Source of the DNA: an uncultured bacterium
Lineage (GTDB): Bacteria > DYJV01 > JALVYZ01
Direction of reading: 5' to 3'
Length of the DNA stretch: 48,290 nucleotides
Assembly: GCA_964593895.1 (NCBI GenBank)
Contig: CAZQKL010000002.1
Span: 1-48,290, forward strand
The notes beneath the pieces are model-generated. The model worked only from the letters and a program-made list of their open reading frames with translations, was not told the origin of the DNA and ran no database searches. The stretch's first letter is position 1, and the number at the start of each line of letters is the position of its first letter. The position numbers were made by a program, and so were the translations under genes. Below, in pieces: positions 26,347 to 35,874 of this stretch.

Positions 26347-28083
26347 ATGAGCGATTTTTTAAAAGAACTTATAGAACAGTTCTCTTTTGAGTCAAAAGAG
26401 ATTCTTCAAAAACTTGAAAATTTCTTCATTTCTTTTCATGAGACCTTAGTTGATGAAATTTATAGAGAACTTCATACATTAAAAGGAAATGCTGGAGTTA
26501 TATATTCAAATCTTTCTGATGATTTTAAATTAAAGAAGAATTTTGAAATATTCAAAGAAATTGTTCATAAATTTGAAGCTATTGTAAAATCTTTAAAAAA
26601 TGGTGAAATTGAATATTCTTCTGAATTAAATGACCTTTCCCTTGAAGTAATAGATGTTCTGAATGAAATTCTTGAACTTTCTGAAGATGAAAAATTAATT
26701 GAAAAAAATTATGAAGATTTAATTGCCAAAATTGAAAATTTCTCAAGTAAACCAAAGATTTCTACTTCAGAGCCTAAAGAAAAACCTTCAAAAGAAGATT
26801 ATGTTGAATTAACTGGAGAGGAATTTTTTGGAGAAATAGAAAAATATGAGCCCCCTCCAAAGCCTGAAAAAAAGGAGAAAAAAGAAACTCAGGTTATTCA
26901 TTTTGATAAATTTTTAAAAAAAGAAGATTTTAAAATAATACAGGTTAAAACTGACAAAATTGATTATTTATTATCATTTGTAAGTGAGCTAATTAATGTA
27001 AAAAATATCTTTGATTTTATTGTGGAGAAAGAGAGTAATAAAGTATCAATAGAACTTAAAAATGCTTTACAGAGACTAAAATTTATTACATCAAACATTC
27101 AAAAAAGCGTTCTTAAATTAAGACTTGTTCCTGTAAGAGATATTCTTCAAAAATTTCCAAGAATAGTTTCAGAATATCAAAAAATTTTCAATAAAAAGAT
27201 TAATCTTACAATAAAAGGGGAAGATATAGAAATTGATAAGAGCATACTAACTCATCTTAATGATATTTTAGTCCATATTGTAAGAAATGCAATTGACCAT
27301 GGAATTGAATCTCCACAAGAAAGAATTGCAAGCGGGAAAAATGAAATAGGCAATATTATTATTCAAGCATCAATTGAAAAAGAATTTTTTAGAATAACTG
27401 TTGCAGATGATGGAAGAGGTATAAATCCTGATATAATAAGAGAAAAAGCCATTCAAAAAGGGATAATTACAAAGGAGCAAGCAAATAATTTAAGTGAACA
27501 TAATCTCATTCAGTTAATTTTTTATCCCGGTTTTTCCACAAGAGATGATGTTTCAGAAATATCTGGAAGAGGTGTTGGACTTGATGTTGTAAAAGATATT
27601 GTAAAAAAATTAAATGGAAAAATAGATGTTTTCAGTAAAGTTGGTAAAGGAACTGTGTTCAGAATTCATCTTCCTATATCACTAAATATCATAAAAGTTC
27701 TTGTAGTAACATTGGAAAATCTATATTTTTCAATTCCTTACAGCGATATTCTATTTACATTATCAGTTGAAAAGGATAAAATTAAAAATCATGCTGATTC
27801 TCTTATCTTAATTTATGATGGCAGTAAAATTCAAATTTTTGACCTTGGTGTGCTATTAGGTTATAGAGATAAAATTCTTGAAAGAGATAATTACGATATT
27901 GTTGTTATTGAAGTGGATAAAGAAAAAATAGGATTTATTGTTGATAAACTGAATGATGAAAATGAAATTGTTGTAAACCCTTTACCTGATTTTATATCTG
28001 CAATTCCAGGAATTTCTGGAGCAACAATTCTTGGCAATGGGAAAATTTCAGTGGTATTAAATCTTAAAGATTTAATGGTATAG
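26347..28083 (+). CDS. cheA: Chemotaxis histidine kinase CheA (Hpt - dimerisation - HATPase - CheW-like; no obvious P2 domain)
   Basis: Hpt His box HTLKGNAG, a K/E/P-rich linker, the kinase core (HIVRNAIDHGIE, DDGRGI, GRGVGLDVV) and a C-terminal CheW-like domain. Confidence 0.88.
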   Translation: MSDFLKELIEQFSFESKEILQKLENFFISFHETLVDEIYRELHTLKGNAGVIYSNLSDDFKLKKNFEIFKEIVHKFEAIVKSLKNGEIEYSSELNDLSLEVIDVLNEILELSEDEKLIEKNYEDLIAKIENFSSKPKISTSEPKEKPSKEDYVELTGEEFFGEIEKYEPPPKPEKKEKKETQVIHFDKFLKKEDFKIIQVKTDKIDYLLSFVSELINVKNIFDFIVEKESNKVSIELKNALQRLKFITSNIQKSVLKLRLVPVRDILQKFPRIVSEYQKIFNKKINLTIKGEDIEIDKSILTHLNDILVHIVRNAIDHGIESPQERIASGKNEIGNIIIQASIEKEFFRITVADDGRGINPDIIREKAIQKGIITKEQANNLSEHNLIQLIFYPGFSTRDDVSEISGRGVGLDVVKDIVKKLNGKIDVFSKVGKGTVFRIHLPISLNIIKVLVVTLENLYFSIPYSDILFTLSVEKDKIKNHADSLILIYDGSKIQIFDLGVLLGYRDKILERDNYDIVVIEVDKEKIGFIVDKLNDENEIVVNPLPDFISAIPGISGATILGNGKISVVLNLKDLMV

Positions 28084-28085
28084 TT

Positions 28086-28811
28086 ATGTTTGAATTTTCA
28101 GAAAAAATTATTCTTTTTGGAGATTTTCATTTAAATTTAAATGATGAAAGATTAAAATATGTTGAAAGATTTTTTAAAGATATAGTCGCAAATTATAAAA
28201 ATTTAATTATTCTTGGAGATTTTTTTGAATTTTACTATTCTTTTCCTGAAGTTGTGCCAGCTGGATATTTAGAAATTTTAAAAATTTTAAAAGAATTTTC
28301 TGAAAAATTAAAAATTTTTTATATAGAAGGTAATCATGATTTTGGACTTAAAAATTTTTTCAACATATTAACATTTGAAGAAAAAGTTGAATTCAAAGTG
28401 AATAATAAAAAATTTATAGCAATTCATGGAGATACAATTGATAATAATGACAGAAAATATAAAATTTTAAGAAAAATATTAAGAACTCCATTTATTAAAT
28501 TGTTAATGGACAATCTTCCACCATACATAGTTTTAAAAATTTCTAAAATACTTTCAGATTCAAGTAAAAATTATCTCAGAAAACCGAAATCTGCAAATTT
28601 TCATGAACAGATAAAAAATATATTCAATAATTCAGAGATAATACAAAAAGAGTTTGATATTTTAATATCCGCTCATTTTCACTGCAATGTAGAGTTTAAA
28701 ATAGAAAATAAAGAAATTATTGTTGTAAATGGATTTGAAAATGAAAAAACAATAAATTATCTTGAAATTAATGAAAATGGAGAAATTTTAAGGAAAAAAT
28801 GGAATTTTTAA
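28086..28811 (+). CDS. lpxH: UDP-2,3-diacylglucosamine hydrolase-like metallophosphoesterase (LpxH family)
   Basis: Calcineurin-like motifs in LpxH order: GDFHL, GDFFEF, GNHDF, HGD, AHFH. 241 aa. Confidence 0.7.
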   Translation: MFEFSEKIILFGDFHLNLNDERLKYVERFFKDIVANYKNLIILGDFFEFYYSFPEVVPAGYLEILKILKEFSEKLKIFYIEGNHDFGLKNFFNILTFEEKVEFKVNNKKFIAIHGDTIDNNDRKYKILRKILRTPFIKLLMDNLPPYIVLKISKILSDSSKNYLRKPKSANFHEQIKNIFNNSEIIQKEFDILISAHFHCNVEFKIENKEIIVVNGFENEKTINYLEINENGEILRKKWNF

Positions 28812-29827
28812 AATTTTTAGTAAAAAAAGGATACAATGTAAACCTTGTAAGTTTTTCAGCAATTGATAAGTATCTTTATAATAATTTAGATGATTATTAT
28901 GTCTATGTAAATTCAGATGCTACAATTGTTGATGTTGCAAAGTTTACTGACGAAATTTCTTCAGGATATTTAAAAGCAGATTTTTCAATAATAATTGATA
29001 AAAAAACCTATCTATTTTATTCAAATTCTATATTTGACTATCCTATTTTATACTTTTCATACAACTTAAATAAAGATATTTTTAAAAATATCTATGAAAG
29101 TTTTAATCACATAAAAAGAAAAGAAACATTTTTTTGTGGTAATAATTTTAGTATAAACTCAATAATTGATGCATCAATTATTCTATCAAAATACGATATT
29201 GAAATAAAGAACCTTCCAGATACTCCTTTAAATATTTTCCCCCCATTATCAATTAAAGAACAGAAAAGGGTTTTAATTTCAAATATTTTGGGAAAATATT
29301 CATATTTAGGTCTTCAATTTTTACTTGAAAAAGGATTTATTGAACATTACTGGAGAGAAATTTTTTTGATGACAAAAGTTGAACAGATTAAAGATTTTCA
29401 TCCAGAAGGAAATGTGTGGCAACATACATTGCATGCTTTCAAATATTTAAAGAAAAAAGATTTAATTTTATCATTGGCACTTCTACTCCACGATGTTGGA
29501 AAAGCTTTTTCTGAAGAATACAATGGGAAAAAGTTTTACAATCATGCTCAAATTGGCTCAAAAATAACAGAAAAATTTCTTAAAAACCTTGAATTCCCAT
29601 TTGAGATAATAAAAGAAGTTAAAAATCTTGTGAAATATCATATGCTACCTAAAGCAATTGGTTCATTTCCTGAAAGTAAATTAAAAAGAATAAAAAAGCA
29701 GGTTGATTTCAATAGATTATTTGAACTTTATAGAGCAGATTTATCCTCCTCTTACAAAAAATTAAATTTCTACTATAAGGCTAAAAAAATTATAAGGAAA
29801 TTTAAAGATGATACCAGCGGTTTATAA
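28799..29827 (+). CDS. HD-domain protein related to the body and HD portion of CCA-adding/poly(A) polymerase-family enzymes; the N-terminal head appears degenerate
   Basis: HPEGNVWQHTLHAF ... LLLHDVGK ... HAQIGS ... KYHM matches the HD module of bacterial CCA enzymes. The position of the GGxVRD/DxD motifs reads LVSFSAIDKYLYNNLDDYY. Confidence 0.6.
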   Translation: MEFLKFLVKKGYNVNLVSFSAIDKYLYNNLDDYYVYVNSDATIVDVAKFTDEISSGYLKADFSIIIDKKTYLFYSNSIFDYPILYFSYNLNKDIFKNIYESFNHIKRKETFFCGNNFSINSIIDASIILSKYDIEIKNLPDTPLNIFPPLSIKEQKRVLISNILGKYSYLGLQFLLEKGFIEHYWREIFLMTKVEQIKDFHPEGNVWQHTLHAFKYLKKKDLILSLALLLHDVGKAFSEEYNGKKFYNHAQIGSKITEKFLKNLEFPFEIIKEVKNLVKYHMLPKAIGSFPESKLKRIKKQVDFNRLFELYRADLSSSYKKLNFYYKAKKIIRKFKDDTSGL

Positions 29828-32800
29828 AAATATGTGTCCAAATTGCCAAAAAGATATTTCATCTTTTAGACTTGAAAAAGGGCTTTTATGTGAAAATTGC
29901 TTAAAAACAGAAATTGATAGCAAGAAAATCTGTGAAAAAATTGATAAAGGAGAATTTATTAAAATTTGTAAAATAAAAGAGAATGTTTCAGAATTTGAAA
30001 ATTTTTTTATTAAATTTATAAAAAATCCTTTAAATTCAATACAGAAAACATGGGCATACAGATTTTTTTCAGACACTTCATTTGCAATGATTGCTCCCAC
30101 TGGAATTGGAAAAACTACATTTGGTTTAATTTTATCACTTTTTCTTCAAAATAAAAATAAAAAAACCTACTTATTATTTCCAACTCAAATTCTTGTTAAT
30201 GAAAATTTTAAAAAGCTTAAAAGCCTTTCAAAATCACCTTCAAATATTGTAGGATATTTTTCAACCAAAAAAAAAGAAAAAGAGAAAATAAAGGAAAGAA
30301 TAAAAAGTGGTGACTTTGACATTTTGATAACAACTACAATGTTTTTGTATAAAAATTCTGAAATAATTCCAAAGGGAATTTTTGACCTAATTTTTATTGA
30401 TGATGTTGATTCTGTTGTTAAAAGCGGAAAAAATATTGATAAAGTGCTTAAACTTTTAAATTTTAATAAAAAAGAACTTGATAAAGCTTTTTATATAATA
30501 AAAAATGGCCAGGTTTTTTCAGAAAAAGAATTTTTTGAAAAACTTTCAAATAAAAGAAAGGGTTTACTTATTGTATCAACTGCGACCTCAAATCCACGCT
30601 CATACAGAATAAAATTATTTAAAGAACTCCTTGGATTTGAAGTTGGAAAGCCTACAATCTATCTAAGAAATATTGTAGATGTTTACGAATTTGTAGAAAA
30701 AGAAAAGCTTGAAGAGAAAACCTTAAATTTATTAAAAAGATTTAAAACTGGTGGACTTGTTTTTTTATCTTCCTCTTTTTCAAAAGATATAAAAGAATTT
30801 GTTGAATTTTTAAACAAAAATGGCATAAAGGCAATTAGTTATGAGGATTTTTTAAAATATGAAGATGATTTTTTAAATGAAAAAATAGATGTAATTGTTG
30901 GATATTCAAGTTACAGAAATCCTCTTGCAAGAGGAATAAATCTTCCTGCAACAGTAAGATATGCAATATTTGTTGGTGTTCCAAGATTTTCTGATGATAT
31001 TCCAGATTTAACTGGTTACATTCAAGCATCTGGAAGAACTTCAAGATTATATTTTAACAAATTAACTCTTGGATTAAGTTATCTTTTAGTTGAAGATAAA
31101 GAACTGTTTTATCAGTTAAGAAAAAAATTGAGATGGTATTCAGATGAAATTGAATTTCATAATATTGAGGAAATTGATTTAAATGAAATTTTAAAAAATA
31201 TTGATAAAGAAAGAGAAAAAATTAAAAAAGGAATACCACTTGTTGAGGAGAAAGAATTCCTAAAAACAATTTTAATCATTGTTGAATCACCAAACAAAGC
31301 AAGAACAATTGCAAATTTTTTTGGCAAACCATTAAAAAGAAGAATAAATAATATTGAAGTTTACGAAATCGCTGTTGAAGGGAGATTAATTATTATTTCA
31401 GCAAGCAAAGGTCATTTGTTTGATTTAATAAAAGAAGGTTTTTATTTTGGAGTTGAAAAACAGGCTAATAAAATCATACCATATTTTGAACCAATTGACC
31501 AGGATAGAAAAAAAATTGTTTCTGCTTTAAGAAAGCTAACTCTTGAAATTGATGAGACCTTTATTGCTACTGACCCTGATACAGAAGGTGAAAAGATTGG
31601 ATTTGATATTTTTCTTAATCTAAAAACTTTTAATGAGAAAATTAAAAGAATTGAATTTCATGAAGTTACAAAAAAAGCTTTTAAAAAAGCTATAGAAGAA
31701 TTTAGAAGTATAAATTCTAATCTTGTAAAAGCACAATTTCTAAGAAGAATTGCAGATAGATGGGTAGGATTTAAAATTTCACAATATTTGCAGAGAAATT
31801 TAAATAAAAACTGGCTATCAGCTGGCAGAGTTCAAACTCCTGTATTATCATGGATTGTTGAAAGAGCAAAACTTGCAAAACAGAAAGTTGGTAAAGTTTT
31901 TGTAAAAATAAATGAAATAGAATTTGTGTTTGAATTTGAAAATATTACTGAAGCTAAAAGATTTTTTAATAATTTAAAATTTGTAAAAGTTGAAAAAGAT
32001 AGTGAAAATACTGAAAAATTAAACATAAAACCTTTCACCACAGATACTCTTTTAAGAGAAATTGCTAAAATCTACAAATTTTCTCCTCAAAAAATAATGG
32101 AAATAGCCCAAACTCTTTTTGAATTAGGATTAATAACATATCATAGAACTGACAGTATAAGAGTTTCAGATGTTGGAATTAAAGTTGCAAAAGAATTTAT
32201 CCTTGAGCATTTTGGAAAGGATTATTTTAAACCAAAAACTTTCTCTTTTTCTCATGGTGCTCATGAATGTATAAGACCTACAAGACCAATGGATAAAGAA
32301 GATATAATTGAATTTATAAAATCAAGGAACCTTAAAAATATAAAAAATGAGCATATTAAAGTTTACGATTTAATCTTTAAAACTTTTATTGCTTCACAGA
32401 TGAGAGATACTGTTGTAAAAAAGATAAAATACAAATTATCTGCTTTTGAATATTCAACAACTTCTGAGGTAATCACTGAAATTATTGAAGATGGATACAA
32501 TAAAATTTTTCCTGTAAAAATTTATACTCCAATAAAAGAAGGAATAGCAAAAGATTTTAAAAAATATTTAAGATATTATCCTAAAATGCCTCTTTTTACT
32601 TTTTCAACAATAATTGAAGAAATGAAGAAAAAAGGAATTGGCAGGCCCTCAACTTATGCTATTACAATAAAAAAATTAATTGATAGAAATTATATTGTTG
32701 AAAAAAATGGGTATCTTATTCCAACTTCGCTTGGAATTGAAGTTCTAAATGAATTAAAAAATAAAAAGGAATATTCAAAATTTGTTGAGGAAAACTTTAC

Positions 32801-32894
32801 AAAACAACTTGAAGAAAAAATGGATTTTGTTCAAGAAGGAAAAGTAAGCTATTTTGAAGAATTGGAAAATCTATTTAAAGAGTTATTTTTATGA
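29808..32894 (+). CDS. rgy: Reverse gyrase (SF2 helicase-like domain fused to type IA topoisomerase)
   Basis: N-terminal zinc finger CPNC...CENC. Helicase motifs APTGIGKTT, FIDDVD, VSTATS, QASGRTSR. Toprim motifs IIVESPNKARTI and DPDTEGE. Catalytic Tyr motif ITYHRTDS. 1028 aa. Confidence 0.93.
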   Translation: MIPAVYKNMCPNCQKDISSFRLEKGLLCENCLKTEIDSKKICEKIDKGEFIKICKIKENVSEFENFFIKFIKNPLNSIQKTWAYRFFSDTSFAMIAPTGIGKTTFGLILSLFLQNKNKKTYLLFPTQILVNENFKKLKSLSKSPSNIVGYFSTKKKEKEKIKERIKSGDFDILITTTMFLYKNSEIIPKGIFDLIFIDDVDSVVKSGKNIDKVLKLLNFNKKELDKAFYIIKNGQVFSEKEFFEKLSNKRKGLLIVSTATSNPRSYRIKLFKELLGFEVGKPTIYLRNIVDVYEFVEKEKLEEKTLNLLKRFKTGGLVFLSSSFSKDIKEFVEFLNKNGIKAISYEDFLKYEDDFLNEKIDVIVGYSSYRNPLARGINLPATVRYAIFVGVPRFSDDIPDLTGYIQASGRTSRLYFNKLTLGLSYLLVEDKELFYQLRKKLRWYSDEIEFHNIEEIDLNEILKNIDKEREKIKKGIPLVEEKEFLKTILIIVESPNKARTIANFFGKPLKRRINNIEVYEIAVEGRLIIISASKGHLFDLIKEGFYFGVEKQANKIIPYFEPIDQDRKKIVSALRKLTLEIDETFIATDPDTEGEKIGFDIFLNLKTFNEKIKRIEFHEVTKKAFKKAIEEFRSINSNLVKAQFLRRIADRWVGFKISQYLQRNLNKNWLSAGRVQTPVLSWIVERAKLAKQKVGKVFVKINEIEFVFEFENITEAKRFFNNLKFVKVEKDSENTEKLNIKPFTTDTLLREIAKIYKFSPQKIMEIAQTLFELGLITYHRTDSIRVSDVGIKVAKEFILEHFGKDYFKPKTFSFSHGAHECIRPTRPMDKEDIIEFIKSRNLKNIKNEHIKVYDLIFKTFIASQMRDTVVKKIKYKLSAFEYSTTSEVITEIIEDGYNKIFPVKIYTPIKEGIAKDFKKYLRYYPKMPLFTFSTIIEEMKKKGIGRPSTYAITIKKLIDRNYIVEKNGYLIPTSLGIEVLNELKNKKEYSKFVEENFTKQLEEKMDFVQEGKVSYFEELENLFKELFL

Positions 32895-33850
32895 AAAATT
32901 TTAAAAAAGAGGTAACTTCTAAAGGCTTAAAACCAATATATTTTTTTAAATTAAGTGACTTACTTTACAAAAAGGAGATAGTTAAACTAATTAAAGAAAA
33001 ATTTTATAAAAATTCTGAAGTTGTTTATTTTAATTTGTCTGAAGAGAAACTTGATAAAATTATCAATGCATTTCTATCATCAGGGTTGTTTATAAAAAAG
33101 AAAATAATTGTGTGCAATGAAGGTGATGCGTTAAAAGATAAAGCTATTAATGAGTTAATTAAGTTATCAAAAAAGTTTAAAGTTCCAAAAAGTTCCATTT
33201 TAATTATTTTTTTTGACAATTTAAAAATAAACTCTGAAAATTTTTATGAAATAAAAATTCCTTCAGTTGAAGAATTAAAAAAATTTATAATAATATTTTT
33301 TAAAAAACATGGTATTGAAGTTAATTTAGACTTTGCAAATTTTATTGTAGAAAATTGCGGTTACGATTTTAACAAAGTCTCTCTTGAAATAAAAAAAATT
33401 TTGGCTTATGCTGATAAAAGAAAATTTTTAACAATTGATGAAATAAAAGATTTAATAAAATTTTCTGGAGAGGAAAATATATTTAAATTAATTGATTTTT
33501 TCTTTGAAAAAAAACAACAAGAAGCAATAAAAACATTTTACAACTTAAAAAAATTAAATGTTAATATTCTTCAAATAATTTCAATTTTTCAAAAAACAAT
33601 AATTAATCTTGCAAAAATAAGGTCATTATCAGTTGAAAAAAAATTGCCTGAAAAAGAAATTTTCCAGAGAATTTCTCTACCACCATTTGTTTGCAAAAAG
33701 TTATTAAGATATTCAAAAAACTTTAAATTTCAGCTACTATACAAAATATACTCAGAACTTTACAATCTTGAACTTTTAGCAAAAACTTCAACAATAAATA
33801 TTGAAAATCTATTTGAAAACTTTTTAATCAATTATTTAAAATGGCACTAA
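32891..33850 (+). CDS. holA: DNA polymerase III delta subunit-like protein
   Basis: 319 aa. N-terminal KPIYFFKLSDLLYKKE segment and overall helical layout resemble HolA. Weak, by-eye assignment. 4-nt overlap with rgy. Confidence 0.5.
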   Translation: MKNFKKEVTSKGLKPIYFFKLSDLLYKKEIVKLIKEKFYKNSEVVYFNLSEEKLDKIINAFLSSGLFIKKKIIVCNEGDALKDKAINELIKLSKKFKVPKSSILIIFFDNLKINSENFYEIKIPSVEELKKFIIIFFKKHGIEVNLDFANFIVENCGYDFNKVSLEIKKILAYADKRKFLTIDEIKDLIKFSGEENIFKLIDFFFEKKQQEAIKTFYNLKKLNVNILQIISIFQKTIINLAKIRSLSVEKKLPEKEIFQRISLPPFVCKKLLRYSKNFKFQLLYKIYSELYNLELLAKTSTINIENLFENFLINYLKWH

Positions 33851-34566
33851 TTGTTATACCTGCAAGATTTTCATCAAAAAGATTTCCAGGTAAACCTCTT
33901 GTAAAAATATTTGGAAAAGAAATGATTTTACATGTTTATGAACGAGCAAAAAAATCAAAGCTTGCAAAAGAAGTGATTGTTGCAACAGATGATGAAACTA
34001 TTTTAAATTGTGTGAAAAATGCAAATGGAAAAGCTATTTTAACCTCAAAAGATATAAAATCTGGAACAGATAGAGTATGGGAAGTTGCAAAAGATAAAGA
34101 TTACGAAATTATTGTAAATGTTCAAGGAGATGAACCTCTAATTTCTTCTGATGTTATAGACAGGGCAATAATTGAATTAAAAAATGATAAAAATGCGGAT
34201 ATCACAACACCTGTAAAAAAAATTGAAAATAAAGATGATATACATAATCCAAATGTTGTAAAGGTTGCTTTTGGAGAAAACTTTTATGCTTTGTATTTCT
34301 CAAGAAGCCCAATTCCATATTTTAGAGACAACTCAAATAAAGGAGAATTTTTTAAACATATAGGTTTATACTGCTTTAGAAAAAAAGCTCTGGAAAAATT
34401 TGTCAACTTTAAAGAAGGAAAACTTGAAAAAATTGAAAAACTTGAACAACTGAGAGCATTAGAAAATTTTTTAAAAATAAAAGTTTTTATAACAGATTAT
34501 GAATCAATTTCTATTGACACTCCTGAGGATTTATCTAAGCTCTCCAGATATTTTAGGAGTATATGA
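33841..34566 (+). CDS. kdsB: 3-deoxy-manno-octulosonate cytidylyltransferase (CMP-KDO synthetase)
   Basis: MALIVIPARFSSKRFPGKPL N-terminus, VNVQGDEPLI, IDTPEDL. 241 aa. Confidence 0.92.
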   Translation: MALIVIPARFSSKRFPGKPLVKIFGKEMILHVYERAKKSKLAKEVIVATDDETILNCVKNANGKAILTSKDIKSGTDRVWEVAKDKDYEIIVNVQGDEPLISSDVIDRAIIELKNDKNADITTPVKKIENKDDIHNPNVVKVAFGENFYALYFSRSPIPYFRDNSNKGEFFKHIGLYCFRKKALEKFVNFKEGKLEKIEKLEQLRALENFLKIKVFITDYESISIDTPEDLSKLSRYFRSI

Positions 34567-35874
34567 AATAGATTTCCCTTTTTCTGGAATAAGTTCAATT
34601 ATTGTGGAATTATTTTTTCTAAAAATCTTTTTTGACCAATTGATAATATCTTTTTGGGTAACTTTTTTTATTAATTCTGGATATTTAAGAAAATAATCAA
34701 CCTTACCAATCCCAGCATAAAAGCTCAAACTATCTGCATATCCTGAAATTGTTTCTTTTGAATAAAAGTAATCGTAAATTGCTCTATTTTTTGAAAGAAT
34801 AAAATCTTTTCTTGAAAAATTTCCTTTTTTTAAATTTTCAAATTCATTCCAAATTATCTTTTCCACATCTTTAAACTTTGCATTTTTATTTAGATTTGCA
34901 AAAATAACAAAAAGTCCTGAATGAACTCTCTCCTGATTTCCACCATAAATAGATGAGCATAATCTTTTTTCTCTAACAAGCTTTCTAAATAAAATTGAAT
35001 TTTCCCTTGCAAAAAGCATGTAAGTAATTATATCAAGAACTGGAGTTGAATTATCTGAAATTGGTGGTATGTGAAAAGATATTGCAATTTTTTTATTTGT
35101 TGAAATAAAATGTAAAACTTCTCTTCTCTGCCCTTTCTGTGGAGGTTCTTCTGTAAATTTCTCTTGAATTCTTTTCTTTTTATATTTTCCAAAATACTTT
35201 TTTATTAATCTAACAGTTTTTTTAACATTGATATCCCCGCAAATCACAATAACCGCGTTGTTTGGAGCATAATGTTTTTTATAAAATCTATAAACATCAT
35301 CCCTTGTCCATGAAAGAATATCAGAAGAAAATCCAATTGGAGTCCATCTATAAGGAGATTCAAGATAGCTTAATCTATGTAATGTGTAATATAAATAGCC
35401 ATCTGGCGAATTATCAATTCTCCATAGTCTTTCTTGATAAACAACATTTCTTTCCTTTAAAAATTTTTTTCTATCAATAGTTAAATATTCCATATTATCA
35501 GCATAAATTTTTAAAATTTCCTTTAAAGCATCTTTTTTTATAACTGCATAATATCTTGTATAATCAAATGAGGTAGATGCGTTTTCAATTCCTCCGTTCA
35601 ACACAACATATTTTTCAAAAAATCCATCTTTGAAATGCTTTGAACCTCTAAAATTCATATGCTCAAGCATATGAGCAATTCCTGTAATGCCATTATATTC
35701 ATCTTTCGAGCCAGTCTTGTAAACAACATTTATGCTTACAATTGGAAGATATGATTTTTTCACAAGATATACTTTTAGACCATTTTTAAGCTGAAATTTA
35801 AAAATCTTAGCTTGAAGTGTGGTAAAAATTAAAAAAATTAGACCAAAGCTAAATATCAGTTTTTTTCTCAACAT
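34531..35874 (-). CDS. M16-family (pitrilysin-like) zinc peptidase with signal peptide
   Basis: HxxEH motif in GIAHMLEHMNFRGS and an N-terminal hydrophobic signal sequence. 447 aa. Confidence 0.85.
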   Translation of the reverse strand: MLRKKLIFSFGLIFLIFTTLQAKIFKFQLKNGLKVYLVKKSYLPIVSINVVYKTGSKDEYNGITGIAHMLEHMNFRGSKHFKDGFFEKYVVLNGGIENASTSFDYTRYYAVIKKDALKEILKIYADNMEYLTIDRKKFLKERNVVYQERLWRIDNSPDGYLYYTLHRLSYLESPYRWTPIGFSSDILSWTRDDVYRFYKKHYAPNNAVIVICGDINVKKTVRLIKKYFGKYKKKRIQEKFTEEPPQKGQRREVLHFISTNKKIAISFHIPPISDNSTPVLDIITYMLFARENSILFRKLVREKRLCSSIYGGNQERVHSGLFVIFANLNKNAKFKDVEKIIWNEFENLKKGNFSRKDFILSKNRAIYDYFYSKETISGYADSLSFYAGIGKVDYFLKYPELIKKVTQKDIINWSKKIFRKNNSTIIELIPEKGKSISYTPKISGELR

